DNA of 63,905 nucleotides, the filler included, from Dugesia japonica (lineage: Eukaryota): assembly GCA_001938525.1 (NCBI GenBank). It is 6 parts of 6 records of this genome, joined end to end, with 100 filler letters (N's around TTAATTAATTAA, not from the genome) between each part and the next. Parts side by side here need not be neighbours in the genome. Positions count along the whole stretch, not along the records: positions 42,058 to 52,564 come from MQRL01644812.1; positions 52,665 to 63,905 come from MQRL01603527.1; 4 more parts are not named here. One strand, 5' to 3'. Below are positions 49,200-63,905 of the stretch, piece by piece. Every line of letters starts with the position of its first letter. The stretch's first letter is position 1. The notes beneath the pieces were generated by a model that was given only the letters and a program-made list of their open reading frames with translations, did no database searches and was not told where the DNA came from. The translations under genes and the position numbers were made by a program.

Positions 49200-50650
49200 A
49201 GCTATAAAATTGTAAAATGAAAAATGCACATTTCTTTATAAAAGGTTTACCTTTAAAATCCAGTAATTAACTTAACAAATAATTAAAAACGTCATTTTGG
49301 TGGAGGCAGCCACATAAAATTTGAAATTCTTGAAGATAAGCTTTTGCATTTAATTGAAGATCGCAACAAAAAAGGCTTGTGTGTGAAAGCAAAGTATCTA
49401 ATTTAAGAGACGTTAAAAATAAAGGAATAAATCTGCAGCAGTTAGAAGAATCGATTTCTGTGTAACAGTGGTAATAGCAGCGAATTAATTAAATTGAAAG
49501 AGGAACTCTCCAAAGTGATATAAGCAACGCAATAAAATTGTTTACAGACGCCAAACAAGATTCAGGAAACTTCCTAAAAATTTCTATGAAATTTGAAGAA
49601 ATTTTGTAACGGAGTGTCAGATATTGATGTCAAAACATTAGATTACTCCAGAAAATATTATAAATGCTGACCAAGTACCACTCTACTTTTAGCATGAACC
49701 TAAATCCACAATTACTAAAAAAAATTTCAAAGTTTTTTTGTGCAAAGTATCTCTGAGTTACAAAAATTCACTTATACTCCGACGGTTAATGCCAAAAAAG
49801 AATTTATGATTCATCATTTGTTTTTTTTNNNNNNNNNNNNNNNNNNNNNNNNAAGTAGAATTTTCGGTTGATATTAACATAACCGGTATGTGGAATGAAA
49901 AAATTCTCAGAGATTATTTAAATGTGATTCTTCGTCGACATCAAACCAATTTATTAAGGATACCTATACTACTATTGATTGAGAGTTACAAAGTCCACGA
50001 GAAAGTTTTTAGAGATGCATAGAAAACATACCGTGACAAATATAACGTATTCATCAAATTGATTAAACCATATTTAACAGGCATGTTTCAGCCGTTAGAT
50101 ACAGTAGTTAATAAAAGTCTGCCAACATTTTATTACACCAAATATAACAACAACTTATCAATAGCTTTCAAGGATAAAAATCTACAGACTAAAAATACGT
50201 AAAATTCCCAACCTGTATGGACGCATTAAACTGGATAAACGAATGGCCAAAATCAAAAAGTAGCGAGGATTTGTCAAATGAGTTTAAAGTTTGTGGATTG
50301 TACCCGAGATTCGATGCAGCGAATAAATTTAATAAGCAATTTCAAAATACACGTACAAATGATGAGAATCGCTACTTTTTCGAAGAATTTGAAAATGATT
50401 GGATTACAAACAAGTCTTTGTGGAAGGTTTTAAACAATACAGAGGAATTCTATGCTGACTGGAAACATAAAACTCACGAAGCTTTGTCTGTCATCATGGA
50501 AATGAAGAATTAGACACTTTTTGATGCTGATCAGTAAACGCTATTCGACGAAGAAAAACTGATGTAAGCCGAGTTCATTTGTGGGCAATGTCCAACATTC
50601 TCAAAGTCTGCATTGATCTATATATTCTTGATCAGAATTGTTATGTCAAA
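49200..50650 (+). mobile_element. pogo/Tigger-type DDE_1 transposase remnant in the CREB3L intron
   Basis: IINADQVPLYF, WNEKIL, ILLLIESYKVH, PYLTGMFQPLDTVVNKSL. Confidence 0.8.
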
Positions 50651-50897
50651 AAAATTGTTTTTAATGATTTTGAAAACAAAATTTTGATTGTTATATTTGA
50701 CGGCGCAATATATGGTTATAAGAATAGAATGAGTATAGATGAAAATATTTAATTTTTCTCTTTATTAATTTTCATTACTCATAAACTAGAAAAAATATAT
50801 AGAAACCAAGTTAAATATTCCAATCTATAGGTTTTTTTTACTTCTACTTTTGCAATTACTAATTTTATTTTGCATTTTCAATTATTTCATTTTTTAG

Positions 50898-51100
50898 ATT
50901 CCTCAAAGCGGAATTTTAATATTGACCGAGGAAGAAAAGCGAACTCTTCTTTTGGAGAATTATTCTATTCCAACTCGATTACCATTAACAAAACAAGAAG
51001 AAAGAAATTTAAAAAAGGTTCGAAGGAAGATTAAAAATAAGATCAGTGCTCAAGAAAGTCGAAGAAAAAAGAAAGAATATATGGAAGCTTTAGAAAAGAA
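50898..51100 (+). CDS. CREB3L1/CREB3L2 (CrebA-like) bZIP basic-region exon
   Basis: ttttag acceptor; [59 protein letters not shown]|gttggt, the ATB plus basic domain signature. Confidence 0.93.
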
Positions 51101-51299
51101 GTTGGTAATATATATATTTATAACTGCTGTTAACAATTAAAATAAATTTAATAATTAACTTTTGAAAATTTAACGATTAATTAATTTTTACTAATTTTGT
51201 AATATTTAAAAAACGAGTTACAAATAACACTAATCAAATGATGGAAGCCAGTTGGATAAATATCTGAAGAATATGGTGGATGTTGCAGAATTTCCCATT

Positions 51300-52113
51300 T
51301 TAATTCAATACATTTTTTTGATGAGTTTTGCTAAGCGAGGCTTTGAATTATTATAGAGTAACATAACGTTATTTCTATATATAAGACCCAGTTCAATTTG
51401 AAGCGCCCTATATTTCACACGTTCTAGTTGCTTTATATACAAGTCACCAGTTACTGTCTGGCCCTTTTCTAGAAATTTGTGATGAATGATACCATCTGCA
51501 TTCCACCATACGCAAAACATGACCTTCAAAGAATGCATTTGTGTCCAAGTGTATGTGTGTGTGGGACGGCATCATTTGCTGACAACTAATGATGAGTCTT
51601 TTTGTTATTGCTTAAGTAAACCAATTTTTTACCAGAGATTAATAAGCAATCCAAAAATGGTGATATTTGTTGATGTGACATTCGAAGAACATAGCATTAA
51701 TCTTTACATCTTGTTTTCCTTTGATAATGAATGTGGTACCCACGTGCTTAGCTTCTATCATTTTCCAAATGCATACAAATGAGTACGAGATGCTTCATTG
51801 CTTGCATGAAGCATTCCAGTTAACTCTTCGTATGCTAAACTTGAATTTCTTTCAATAATTTCTATTAAATCGTCATCATTGATCTTTAATGATGCATCTT
51901 CAAGTAACTCATTGTCATTCATGAATTTTGCAAACNNNNNNNNNNNNNNNNNNNNNNNNNNNNNNNNNNNNNNNNNNNNNNNNNNNNNNNNNNNNNNNNN
52001 NNNNNNNNNNNNNNNNATTACCATATTGACATTTAAATACCTTTATACAATCCCTTATGGTTCGTTATTCTATGTATATACCAAAACCGAACACATTTTC
52101 CAGGTTACCTAAT
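51300..52113 (-). mobile_element. mariner transposase remnant
   Basis: WVPH motif, KVMFCVWWNADGIIH..GQTVTGDLYIKQL; TIR-like TATTAGGTAACC end at ~52113. Confidence 0.82.
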
Positions 52114-52496
52114 AAATATATGAAAATTTTCATTGACATCTAGCAAATTTATGAAGCATTTCTATCCATTTCTTGAAATTTCTAGTAATTTAATGAAAAA
52201 TTTCATTGACTTGAGTGGTGAAAAATCCATCGATACGGATGAAAAACCTTTAATTTTTTATTAAAACCCTCAATGATAATGAAAAGCGCCTAATACAAAG
52301 TTTAAACTGTAATGTTGACTACACAAATTTCTTATTAATTAAATAAATAAGTTGCCAGAATAGATAATAAATTAACTGAATTAACTTTAATAGTGAACTA
52401 AAAAATTTTTATGTATTGGGAGCAGACTTTAGAGTAAAAACTATTGAATTTTATCGAACTTGGCGTATATTATTTTAAATTTGTAAAAGTCTTAAT

Positions 52497-52498
52497 GA

Positions 52499-52564
<66 letters not shown>
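52497..52564. repeat. (AAT)n microsatellite (others at ~42058, 46815-47075, 47858-48010)
   Basis: Pure trinucleotide runs abutting gaps. Confidence 0.9.
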
Positions 52565-55500
52565 NNNNNNNNNNNNNNNNNNNNNNNNNNNNNNNNNNNN
52601 NNNNNNNNTTAATTAATTAANNNNNNNNNNNNNNNNNNNNNNNNNNNNNNNNNNNNNNNNNNNNCTTTATGCTAGAATGTAATATTTAAATTCTAAAAAA
52701 ACTAAAGCATAATATGCGTGGTATCGCACGGAAACATTGTTTTTAATTTTTAATTACTGATGGATTGGTTCGTGCTTTAAACACAATTTATATGAAAACG
52801 TATATATTTTGATAAAATTATTTAATAAATATGCTTCAACATTTAAAATAATAGTATTATATGAACAAAAGAGTGCAAGACTTAAACTTATTATTAACTC
52901 TTCTCTTTTTAAAATTTTGAATTCACGTTTTTCAGCAAATTAATGATTCCCATTTGCAAAAAGATAAATTTAGTAAGCCCTATGTTATTACTTTTTAACT
53001 GTTTAATGTTAAATAGGAAATCAATAATTAATAAAAAACCAAAGTATAAATTAAAACTACGAAAATAATAAATTCAAAATCACTTGAAATATATTTCATA
53101 AAAATCGCAGAGGTTTGAGAATAGAAGCGAGTTGCTCAAATGTTGGTAAGACACAAGTTTAAAAATTGAAAACAATTTTTAAATAATAATAATAATAATA
53201 NTAATAATATTTATTATTATTATTATTATTATTNTGATTATTATCAGTATCGAATAGAAAAATTAAACTCATTAGCAGAATTAGAAGTCATTATTTAACC
53301 ATTCACTGATTAAATATATAAACCAGCGATGTTGACAAGGTCGATTGCATACCACTTAAAGTTTATTCCTTAGAGAAAAGAAATATTATATGAAAAATGA
53401 AATTAGTGTTGTTAACAATTTATTATATTGAATTATATTTTTGGTAAATTTTTTATTTTTGCATGAGAAAATTTGCCAATTTTTTTATTTGTCTACAATT
53501 TTCTTTATCAGTGGTGATCAACTTGTTATAAATTGTTCTTTTAATATCAATATTGATAATGATGCAACCATAACAAAACCAAAGATTAGTTCCTTGGAGT
53601 ATATAAGAAATAAAATTAAAATTCATTTGAAAAATTCTAAATGTTACTAAATGTGACGATGCTGATTTTCGAATATTATGAACAATTTTAAATATAATAA
53701 AAGTTGCAAAAAGGTTGGGTAACACTGCTATAATTAGTTTTTAAAAATTTTATATTAGTTGTTTGAAAATGAATTTATTTAGCTTTATTTCTATAATTTC
53801 TTTTAAAATAGAAAGAAATTATTGATTTAAAATTGATTTAAAATTTGACAAAGTATTGTTCATGTAATTTTACATCTCTTTAATGTCTAAAAACTTTTGG
53901 ATATTTTTATTGTTTAGATTTTTATATTAAAATTTTTTCTACAATGTGTTCTAAAAAAGTTTCCAAAAAACGACGAAAGTTACATTAAATATGACTTTTG
54001 ATTTTAGCCTCAACAATGTTGTGATACCCACTAAATTATAGGCTGTGAAAAAAATTCGAAGAGTTCAGCGAAACTAACGAAATTAGAGCACCTAAAGACT
54101 CAACAAAAAACTTCAAAAAACAAAAAAAGTAATAAATGCAAAAAATTCTTTGTTGCCTTTCAAAGCCAACCTAAGACAGTCTCAAACAGACTTAAAGGCT
54201 TATTAGTGAAAGCTTATTAGAAAAAATCGAGCTAGCCTATTTCAAGAAGTTTGTCATATATTATAGTGAGGTCCAATTTCTATCAATGGGAAATTGCTTT
54301 ATTCAGTTTGTCACATTGTTTCATATATTAATCATATATTAATTAAAGAAACAAGCATAAAGGTTTCAGTGAGTTCACTATTACAGAATTAAATTTTCTA
54401 CATGGAAAATATCTTCAGATATTTTAGAACATTTATCTTTTCAAAGATCTTATATTAATCTAGTTGGCACAACACAGCTCATCTAATTATTTCCCTTTCT
54501 TGGAAACTCGATATGGTCGCAGATTATTATTTCCAATAGGATGATTATAAATAATTTGGAATTTTCAAACAACTTTAAGTTCCAGTTTGAAGACTTATTA
54601 GAATTGATAATTCCAAAATATGTCGATCAAATTCATATTACAGCTAAAGATGTTACCAAAGAGAAACAAGAGCTGCATCTGAAATTGTGTAATATTATGA
54701 NNNNNNNNNNNNNNNNNNNNNNNNNNNNNNNNNNNNAAAAAAATAGTGAAAATTACAAAGTAATATTAAAATTGTTAAACCATTTATTATCAATTTGCGA
54801 ACTTCATATTTAGTAGAAAAATAAATTTCAATTATGCTTAAAAGTTTTAGTAAATAACGATCGAAAATAGAGTTATAAGGGAATACTGAAATTTGTCTTA
54901 ATCTTACCAATATTCGATCATTATCGAAAGTTCGTCAACACCCATCATATAAGCGTATCCTAAATATTAAATCTAGTTGTATATACTATACTTAAGGTAA
55001 AATTTAAGTTTTCAATAAAAGGAATAATTACTGAATAAAATTCTCAAACATGTATACAAATTATTCAAGATTTACACAAATATCTAAATCAATAATTTTT
55101 TTTAATTTCAAGCAATAAAAGATTTAAATCGATTAAACATAATTTCGATAAAATAAAGCTTGCAAAATCATTTTAAAAGAATATTAAAAAAAATTTACAC
55201 TTCAAAGTATTTGCCGAATTTTACTGCATAAGGCGACAATATTTTCTACGGTTCTACGTGAAAATAGAGAATTATAGATATGAATTCTTTATAATAAATT
55301 TCAAAGAGGTTTCTGATAATTACTGGAAATAAATAGTAACCATTGAAATAAAAATACACTTAAAACGATTGAATAAATCCAAATCAAAAACCTGCTTTTT
55401 GATTTATAATAAAAACATATGTGGGCAAAATTTCACTTAAGTGCTGTTTATTGAAATTAAAACTTGGTCATAAATCCTTAATTAAGTGTGACATTTCTGT

Positions 55501-58152
55501 TTCATCGTTGCAAATATCCGGCAAAGACATTTAATTGAATTGAATGTGTATAATCCAACATATAATCGGAATCAGTTCAATTTAGTCGTATAAATGATAG
55601 AAGGACAAATATTAGCCAAGACATTACACAACTTTACATGCAGTTTTCAAGTTAGTTATTTAAATGGGTTATTTTAATTTCTAACTGAAAATTTTTATAG
55701 GTTCTATATATTTGGAATAATTTATAATATAAAATGACATATACAGTTGAAAAATTAAGTTTTCAAGCATGATTTAAAAAATATTTTAATTTCTTACTGG
55801 AATATAATATTTTCACTTTTTTTTACCGAAAGAACATTTACATTCAAAATTTACTTGTATAAATTAATACAACATTTTTTTAAAATACTTCATGTACCAA
55901 TAGAGTTTATCGAAAGTAAAAATATAAAGAATAATTTTACTAGCAATCGATTTGTTTATTTATTTTGGAAAGTAATAACTGTAAAGAAAAGACAAATATT
56001 GAGTTAAAACGATTTTAATTTTTGAAAATTTACATATTTAAATTAAATAAATTAAGTTTATTAAATTTATAAATGTAAATTTTATTTGGAAATATATTTT
56101 AAGAAGTGGATTTTTAAAATTGAAGTTTGCTTTCAAATTATTTAGTTTTGTATGAAATATTTGTTTTGTTGGAATCAACACAATAATTAAAAGATTTTTC
56201 TAAAATTAAATTATGGGCGAAAATAAACTTTTGAATTTGACGACGAGCGCATTGGATCCACTAAGCAATAACAATCACATAGTTAATGGAAATTAAGTTA
56301 TTTTTACATTACTTTACAATCATAAAACGTGGATAACTAAGTAAATTTACTTGGACAGTATTTATAGATAACAACATATCCGAGGTAGATACCTTTGGGC
56401 TTAAAATATAAGAATGTGATAAGAGTATTATCCAAAATTATAAAGTTAAAAACCTCATCATTATGTGAAAGTTTACATAAGACTGGAATTAGCTAATGAA
56501 ACTTATAAAAATGACAATTTTCAAAACTTTAACTTTTCGATAATGGCCAACGTGATTAAGATTTCCTTTAACAAATTAGTTGTTTTTACTGTCNAAATTA
56601 AATAAACAAACGATTTCTAGCAAATTTATCCTTATTTCTATTATTTTTGTCAAACTCTGCTGGCATATGGCGTGTTTTAAAAAGACAAATGAGCTTGTAT
56701 AATTCACAAATGAAATATAACATAAATATGTACCTCAATTAATACCATAATTTAAATGATTTCATTTTATAAACAGTTGCAGTGCATTTTAATGATTAAT
56801 AGAATTAAAAACTTAGAAAATAGGACTATAGAAATTAAATGAAAACAATACAATAATCTAAAAGAAAAATCCAGTGCCCAGAACATAATTTTTTAGTCAA
56901 AAAAACTATTATTCATTATTTTATTAGTAAGACATATTAAAAGCAAAAATAGATAAATGAGTTTCAGTCAATTTTCAAAGTAATTCAATTGATAAATTAT
57001 TGTAACATTTCCTAATTATGTTACAATTTTCTAAAACGTTTTAATAGAATCGAATAGTCACAAACTTTGTAAATTGATAAATATAAATATTTGTAATATA
57101 TGATGCTAATTTCANNNTAAGTCTGCTTCAGATTTTGAAAAACCTTTTAAGCAAACCAATATACATTATTTACGAAAATTGAATCACATACGGAAATTTC
57201 AGTCAAATCCTGTACAGTGACGGTGTATATTTACCCAAGAAACCTTCAGTATTTCAACAAAAAAAATGTTTTGTATTTAATTTTAATTTGGAATATTAAA
57301 AAAATTAAAATGCCGAAATAAGATCTTCATAATATTATAATACTACTTATAATAACAATTGATAATAAAATGTGTATATTTATCAATATAATCAAGCAAA
57401 TACTAGACAGGAAAATTATCAATAAAACTTCAACTATAGCACACACACAAACAAAAATTTATTTCACAAATCAATACAATAAATCAATTTATTTGTTAGA
57501 AAATGTTGTACAGGTTGGAAAATAGTATCCAAATTTATGGAATACGACAACAAATTAATATTATTAACAAGAGAATTTAGAACATCAAATTATTTGTAAT
57601 CGAAATTTTAATATTTTTTTATTCAATTATATTTGTTAGATTTTGGTAGGCAAATTTTGAAAAAAAACACTTTTAAACCAATGCTCAGTTCAGAATTTAA
57701 GCGGTAACGATTACATTTATATAAACATAAATACACAAAATTTAGACACAAAATAACTTTTCATATTAATGTCAAATTAATCAAATATACCTGTTCGTAA
57801 ATGCAAAGACGTTCTCAATGAATTAGACCCATTATATGAATTATGTACCTGAACAAGCCAATAGACATCAAATGTTAAAATTTTTTTGTGAAATCAAAAA
57901 AACACATTATTTAATATTGATTTATTTGTAGAAGTAATAGGGCACAGATAATGGAAAAAAATTCTCAATTAGCTGTTGTTCAAACCATATTTTTATTAAA
58001 TATATGTAATTTATCGATTTTAGATAAATTAGATATTTTCAATTGTGCGTTATAACCGAATCTCTTTATTTTACCCTATTAACTATTTCATTATTACCTA
58101 TGATGCTAAATGAAATCAGCGAATATTTTTTAATGCTTTTTTGTTTAGAAAT

Positions 58153-58189
<37 letters not shown>

Positions 58190-58210
58190 TTGTTTGATTT
58201 GTGTTGTGAC

Positions 58211-59085
58211 TAGGGTTTGCAATCCCGGGATCACAGGATCCCGTTTAATTTCTCTATCCTGAAATTCCGGTATTTTGGTAAAAAAAAATAATGGTTCAAA
58301 GTTTTCTATTTCGTTTGATGAGTGGACCTCATCTCGAAACTATCTCTATATGAATTTAAATTTGCATAATGCCGGAAATAATTTTTAGAATTTTGGTTTG
58401 ATACCAGCTGAAAAGTGTTTTATTGTTCAAGTAGAGACTTTCATTGTTCAAAATTGATCTCGAGGATAGTATTGTTTGTATGATGAAGAAAGTAAGAAAC
58501 ATTTTACGAAAAAATCAACAATTATACTTTGCATATACCATACAACTGGCTCTACTTTCAGGTAAATACAAGCCAGAATTCTGAATTTTCTGAATTTGAA
58601 AAGTAAAGCAACAACATTGAAAATATAGAATATGAAAATAATGATGAAAAAAATAATGATTCTAGTTCTGAGAGTGATTGTAAAGATGACAAATATTATT
58701 TTGCAGTTTATAATTTGAATCAGAAAACATCTGATGTAAAAAATCACCCATGAAATGATTGGACCGATCATAAAAAAGTAAGAAAAATAGTTCATATGTT
58801 TAAAAGATCACACACAAAAAGCGATAATTATTTATAATATATGTAAAAATCGATTTTGAACAAATGTTATTTTTTAAAGGAAATATTTTTATTATGTAAT
58901 GTTTTGTTTATAATGCAAAATAAATTAATGCATTATTTATTTATAAATAGCCTACACCAAGAAATATTAATTTTATTCATAAATAACCAATAACACACAA
59001 TTTATGTATCGGTTTATTTTAAAAACTAAAAAAATACCGGGATTATAAAATCTTTGATTCCCAAATCCCGGGATTGCAATCAATA
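58211..59085 (+). mobile_element. Internally deleted hAT DNA transposon
   Basis: TIRs TAGGGTTTGCAATCCCGGGAT / ATCCCGGGATTGCAATCAATA; 8-bp TSD-like gttgtgac/gtcgtgat; internal KFSISFDEWTSSRN and FAYTIQLAL. Confidence 0.82.
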
Positions 59086-59701
59086 GTCGTGATTGGCCAA
59101 ATCATGATACGCAACATGAATGCAGTCTGATATTTTATTTACTTGATTAGTGTAGTATTTCCGCTTAAAAGAAGTTCAAAAAAGTTTAAAAATTGCTATA
59201 AAGAATTTAATTTGATAATGAAAGGGTAAACTGCTTAAATTTCTCCTACATTCTAATTATATATTCTCACAGTTACATAACGAAATAACATATACATTTT
59301 GTATGAACATTAATATACTATTTCTATGAAGAATTTACAATCAAATTATGATACAGAAGAATGTTGATTATCTGGATTCTTGAGAATAAATAGAAATTTT
59401 ACATTTTGTCACTTTGCACGTAACGATTTGTATTTACTTTCAAATATCAAATATTACATATAGCAGTTCGTAAATGCAAAAGGAACTTCAACGTTCTCAG
59501 ATATAAAGAAACAAAGTGAAAAAATTATGAAGTTTCTTATTTGTTTAATGTCAGAGAATGGAAATACTGAGTTTTTTTAGATATCGCCATGAAATGGTTC
59601 GAGAACCAAGTGACTCTTATGTGTCTTAAAAGTATTCAAGATTAAGCAGATTCAAAAGAAACAGCTAACTGTAAGTAAAAATCAATATTTAAATTTCGTA
59701 A

Positions 59702-59924
59702 CTGTTAACATCATTCCACCAGCCGGACAGTCGTGTTCACTTTTTTAATGAAAAAGTAATTTAAAATAATCAAGAAATTTGATACAAATACAAGATTATT
59801 AAATGTAATTTAACTATCTGAATTGTGATTTTCACATAAAACTAATATTTCTTGGTTATTTTGAATTATTTTTGCATTGAAAAAATGAGCATGGCTGCTC
59901 CGGTTGGTAGAATGAAGTCAACGG
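59702..59924. mobile_element. piggyBac-like MITE
   Basis: ~45-bp imperfect TIRs (ctgttaacatcattccaccagccgga.. / ..tccggttggtagaatgaagtcaacgg) flanked by GTAA/TTAA. Confidence 0.6.
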
Positions 59925-60379
59925 TTAATAAAAAACAATTTTATATTGAAACTTTAAACTAAATATTTAAACATATACTAGTGTAAAATATTATACTGAA
60001 TGACTTGACTTTATTTACCAATAATATTTTCGATTATAACCCGGTCTATGTTTATCCCCAATTAGACGGATAATCGAGATTCTATTGTACTATCCTTTTT
60101 GTTTAAAAATTAATCAACAAAGAAATTTCTTATAATACTGATATGTTCAGTATTTTATGTTTATTAAATTAAAAATTTTAACAAGTGATATTACATAAGC
60201 ATGGAAACACAGCATAAAAATTAATATTCTTTATGAGTAATATTTAAAATATCGGGAAAAATAAATCAAATTTATAATTCAACAATAATTGAATTTTGAA
60301 AAGGTTGCAGAAAACAAGGCTCGTTGTAATTATTACAACAAAGTGTGGAGCTGCAAATGATCGTCTACAAGTAATCTTT

Positions 60380-61879
60380 AACGATCAATTAACGATATTT
60401 TCTCGAAGATTGACAATTCAATGATAATAAAATAAACTGCATTTACATGTTTACAGAAAATATTTATAATTTAATTTTATTTCTAAGCCTAATTTAAATT
60501 ATTGAACTCCACTATTAAAATATTGATTACTACGTAAACAATAAGTTTTATTGACGATTTCATTATTATATATTATTGTAAATATCTTGATCTTAATATA
60601 AATATAATTGATATAAGTTTGGATAGAAATAATGAAATTATTTAAATTTCAGACAATAACTAAGTCGAATTATTGTTCAAATGATGTTTATTTCAACATG
60701 TTCTTACAAAAATTGACAATTTTAGACTTATGATAAGATTTACTATTATTTTCATTCAGGATCCAGCCAAGCTGAAAATAGTGAAATACAGTATTTTGTA
60801 AACAGAGATTAGTATCAATGATCAATTAACGATATTTTCTCAAAGATTGACAATTCAATGATAATAAAATAAACTGCATTTATCCATTCAAAAATAACAA
60901 TTGCATGATTTCAGCTAACAGAGGGTACAAGAGTTTTGGAACTGTTGTTAAAAAAGATCAAAGATGTATACAAGATAATGGTTGGCATTGAGTCCCGGAA
61001 CATGTATTTCTTTCTGAAATAGATTATTCACACTTCCCAAATAATATTATTTACTATTTTCATTTTGAATTAGGATCTGGTCAAGTTGAAAAGATCGAAA
61101 TAAAGTATTTTTAACAATTCAATGATAATAAAAGAAAACTGTATTTATCCATTCAGAGAAAACAATTTAATGCAAATTCATGATTGCAGTTGAGATAAGA
61201 GGGTGAAGAATTGTGAAACCGTTGTCAAACCTAAAACTATGTATACAAGAATCAAATCTATCAAAAGAAAACATGATAATGGTTGGCATTGATTCCCGAA
61301 AATCCCGGAATTAATATCAATATAAAATGCAATTGTTTTTTAAAAAGATTATTCATACTTTCCAAGTTATATTATTTACTTTTTTTGAATTAGGATCTGG
61401 CGAAGTTTAAAAGATCTAAATATATACTATTTTTTTTAAAGCAGAGATTAACTTCAATGATCAATCTGCAATTAANGACATTTTTCGAAGATTGACAATT
61501 TAATGATAAAATAAATAGCATTTATTGATTCAAAGAAAACAAATGCATTATTTCAATTGAGATAAGAGGATACAAGAATCAAATCTATCAAAAGAAAACA
61601 TGATAATGGTTGACATTGATTGCCGAAAAACTCTTCATTAGTATCGATATAAAATGCATTTCTTTTTGAAATAGATTATTCACACTTTCCAAGTTATATT
61701 ATTTACTATTTTCATTTTGCATTAGGATATGGTGAAGTTGAAAAGATCGAAATATAGTATTTTTTTAAAGCAGAGATTAGCTTTAATGATCAATCAGCAA
61801 TTAACGATATGTTCTCAAAAGATCGATAATTCAATGATAATAAAAGAAAACTGTATTTATCCATTCAAAGAAAACAATT
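60380..61879. repeat. Imperfect tandem satellite (~300-440 bp units)
   Basis: Recurring gaagattgacaattcaatgataataaaa..aactg.attta, gataatggttggcattga and aagatcgaaata blocks. Confidence 0.8.
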
Positions 61880-63905
61880 NNNNNNNNNNNNNNNNNNNNN
61901 NNNNNNNNNNNNNNNNNNNNNNNNNNNNNNNNNNNNNNNNNNNNNNNNNNNNNNNNNNNNNNNNNNNNNNNNNNNNNNNNNNNNNNNNNNNNNNNNNNNN
62001 NNNNNNNNNNNNNNNNNNNNNNNNNNNNNNNNNNNNNNNNNNNNNNNNNNNNNNNNNNNNNNNNNNNNNNNNNNNNNNNNNNNNNNNNNNNNNNNNNNNN
62101 NNTTTCAACATGCAATTATCTGAAATCAGTTCAAATAATAAACAAATCTATAATGCACCCGAATATGTTCGTTACCGTAGTCAAATACTGTTGTAACACG
62201 GAGATGTAGACATAATAGCCTTACAAAGAGATGTGCAATCATGAATTCAGAAGGAGGGATTATAATACAACAGCTGATCGAAGCATTGTCGCGATTTCTG
62301 CCCTCAAAAAATCGAATTTAGTATTCTGAAAATGGAAATGTAAAGCTTCATTATCAAATCAGGTCAAATGATAAATAAAGCTGTAATCAATAATATTTCC
62401 GTGAGGATTGATAAGAGGCAACAAATAAGCGAGATATTCTTAATCAATTCAAAAGAATCCAACGAAAATAGCTCCATAAATCTGTAGTAGCCATAGAAAT
62501 GGAAGGATAGGAAAAATTCGAGAACACAAGATTTAATAAAACCACAAAAGAGTAACTACAAATTAAACACAAATCGATTAATTATTGGTCAGTTAATAAG
62601 TTCTTTCGTACTAAAAATCCTTTTTTTACTTAAAATTTTGATAATAATGGTAAAAATAAGATAAAATCATTTTAAAAAGTTATCATAATCAATTAGTAAC
62701 ATAATAAAAAATAGTAACAAATGTTTATCTAAATTAGTTAATAAATTGTTACAATAAAATAAAGGAACTATTAATAAATACCGAAGAAAAACATGAAAAT
62801 TATATTTATCTTAATTAAATATTTATTTATTTCCTCTTATTGATTAAGATTTATTAATGTGTTTCAAAATTGTTTTTGGANNNNNTTTGAATAAATTATT
62901 AAAAAATAATTATCATCAAAAAACTTAAAATGAATATAACATAGTAATGATAGAATTCAATTATATTATTTATTATCTAAATATAAAAACTAAATAATCA
63001 AAAAAATGACTTACAATTTCCTGCATTAGAAAAACTTGATCATTCAATTAATTCTAAAATACGAAAAAAATATAATTTTGACACGAATTTATTAAAATTA
63101 AAGTCAAATATTTGAATATTAAAAGCAAATTAAAATTTTTAAATATTAACTTAATATAGACACTATTAATGAGACATGTAAAATCAAGCTCAATAATAGT
63201 GACTTTGAAAACATAAATATTAAACTAAGTTAGATATTATTTAAAATACATAAAATATTATAAAATATTATAAGGTTTCACAACATATGCTTTAAAAAAG
63301 TATTTTTAAATTAGAATTTCACATTGTTTATGAAACTGTAAAATTAAAACAACCAGAATTTTTAATGTATTCATTAATTAATTCATAAAAGTTTAGCTAC
63401 ACTAGCAAAAATATATTAGAACCANTGTTTATTGCTACTTTTTAAGAATTTTTTTCTTTAATTTATACTTACATTAAATTGAATTATTTGAGAATTTTTA
63501 AAATTTATGATTTCATAGGAGCTAAAAATATTAAGACTAAAGAAATGGAGATTATTAATTTCCTTCTATTTTTTTGGAATTTTTCAAGTTTTGAAAATGA
63601 ATTTGAAAAATGATAGAATGCTTATTTTTAATTTCTATTTTAAAATAATGATTTGACTCGAATTTTAATCAGTTATAATATTTTACGAAAACATTTTTGA
63701 ACTAATATAGTTTTATTAAAATGTATTTATTTTTCAAGAAACATTGAATGAGGCACGCAGAGTGTTGATATAAAATCAAGAAATTGAAATTAGAAAATTA
63801 AGTGCTTTTAAAGTGAGATCGCCTGGCCTCAATAATTTATAACTATTCATTAATGATGTGAATAATTTTAATTAGCCTGATGATAAACTAATTTTTTGGG
63901 ATAAA

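Noticed and set aside
57790-59676. Candidate host exons (57791-57849 minus; ~59464-59670 plus)
   Set aside because: Plausible splice sites but no recognisable protein, and an in-frame stop in the plus candidate.

Overview
AT-rich metazoan genomic DNA from a fragmented assembly; a planarian/triclad flatworm is inferred from the ~50-nt introns, AT richness and repeat content, but is not proven. The window is six unrelated ~8-14 kb scaffolds joined by an artificial N44-TTAATTAATTAA-N44 spacer (14125, 22713, 32104, 42002, 52609), so neighbourhoods across spacers mean nothing. Host genes: last exon of a CTR1/SLC31 copper transporter, intronless ELP5, last two exons of a FADS front-end desaturase, and two exons of a CREB3L/CrebA bZIP factor. 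Most of the rest is decayed TEs (Ty3/Gypsy, hAT, Merlin, pogo, mariner, piggyBac MITE, Penelope-type hammerhead remnants), microsatellites and a satellite. The main discovery is a family of giant LTR-like units (TGTTGGG...CAACA) seen five times in four scaffolds. One complete 4314-bp copy (6763-11076) has a 4-bp CTTA target-site duplication. The unit carries a CCAAT/TATA promoter, a spliced leader, and an ordered cassette of at least four small unknown ORFs (A-B-C-D), most preceded by a 3' splice acceptor and followed by AATAAA. ORFs C and D start AG|TG in every copy, so their ATG may be built by splicing to a leader exon ending in A. Two near-identical duplicates of the leader differ by exact loss of a 47-nt GT-AG segment. 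One copy interrupts a divergent, intronless TBP-like gene that looks viral or TE-derived.
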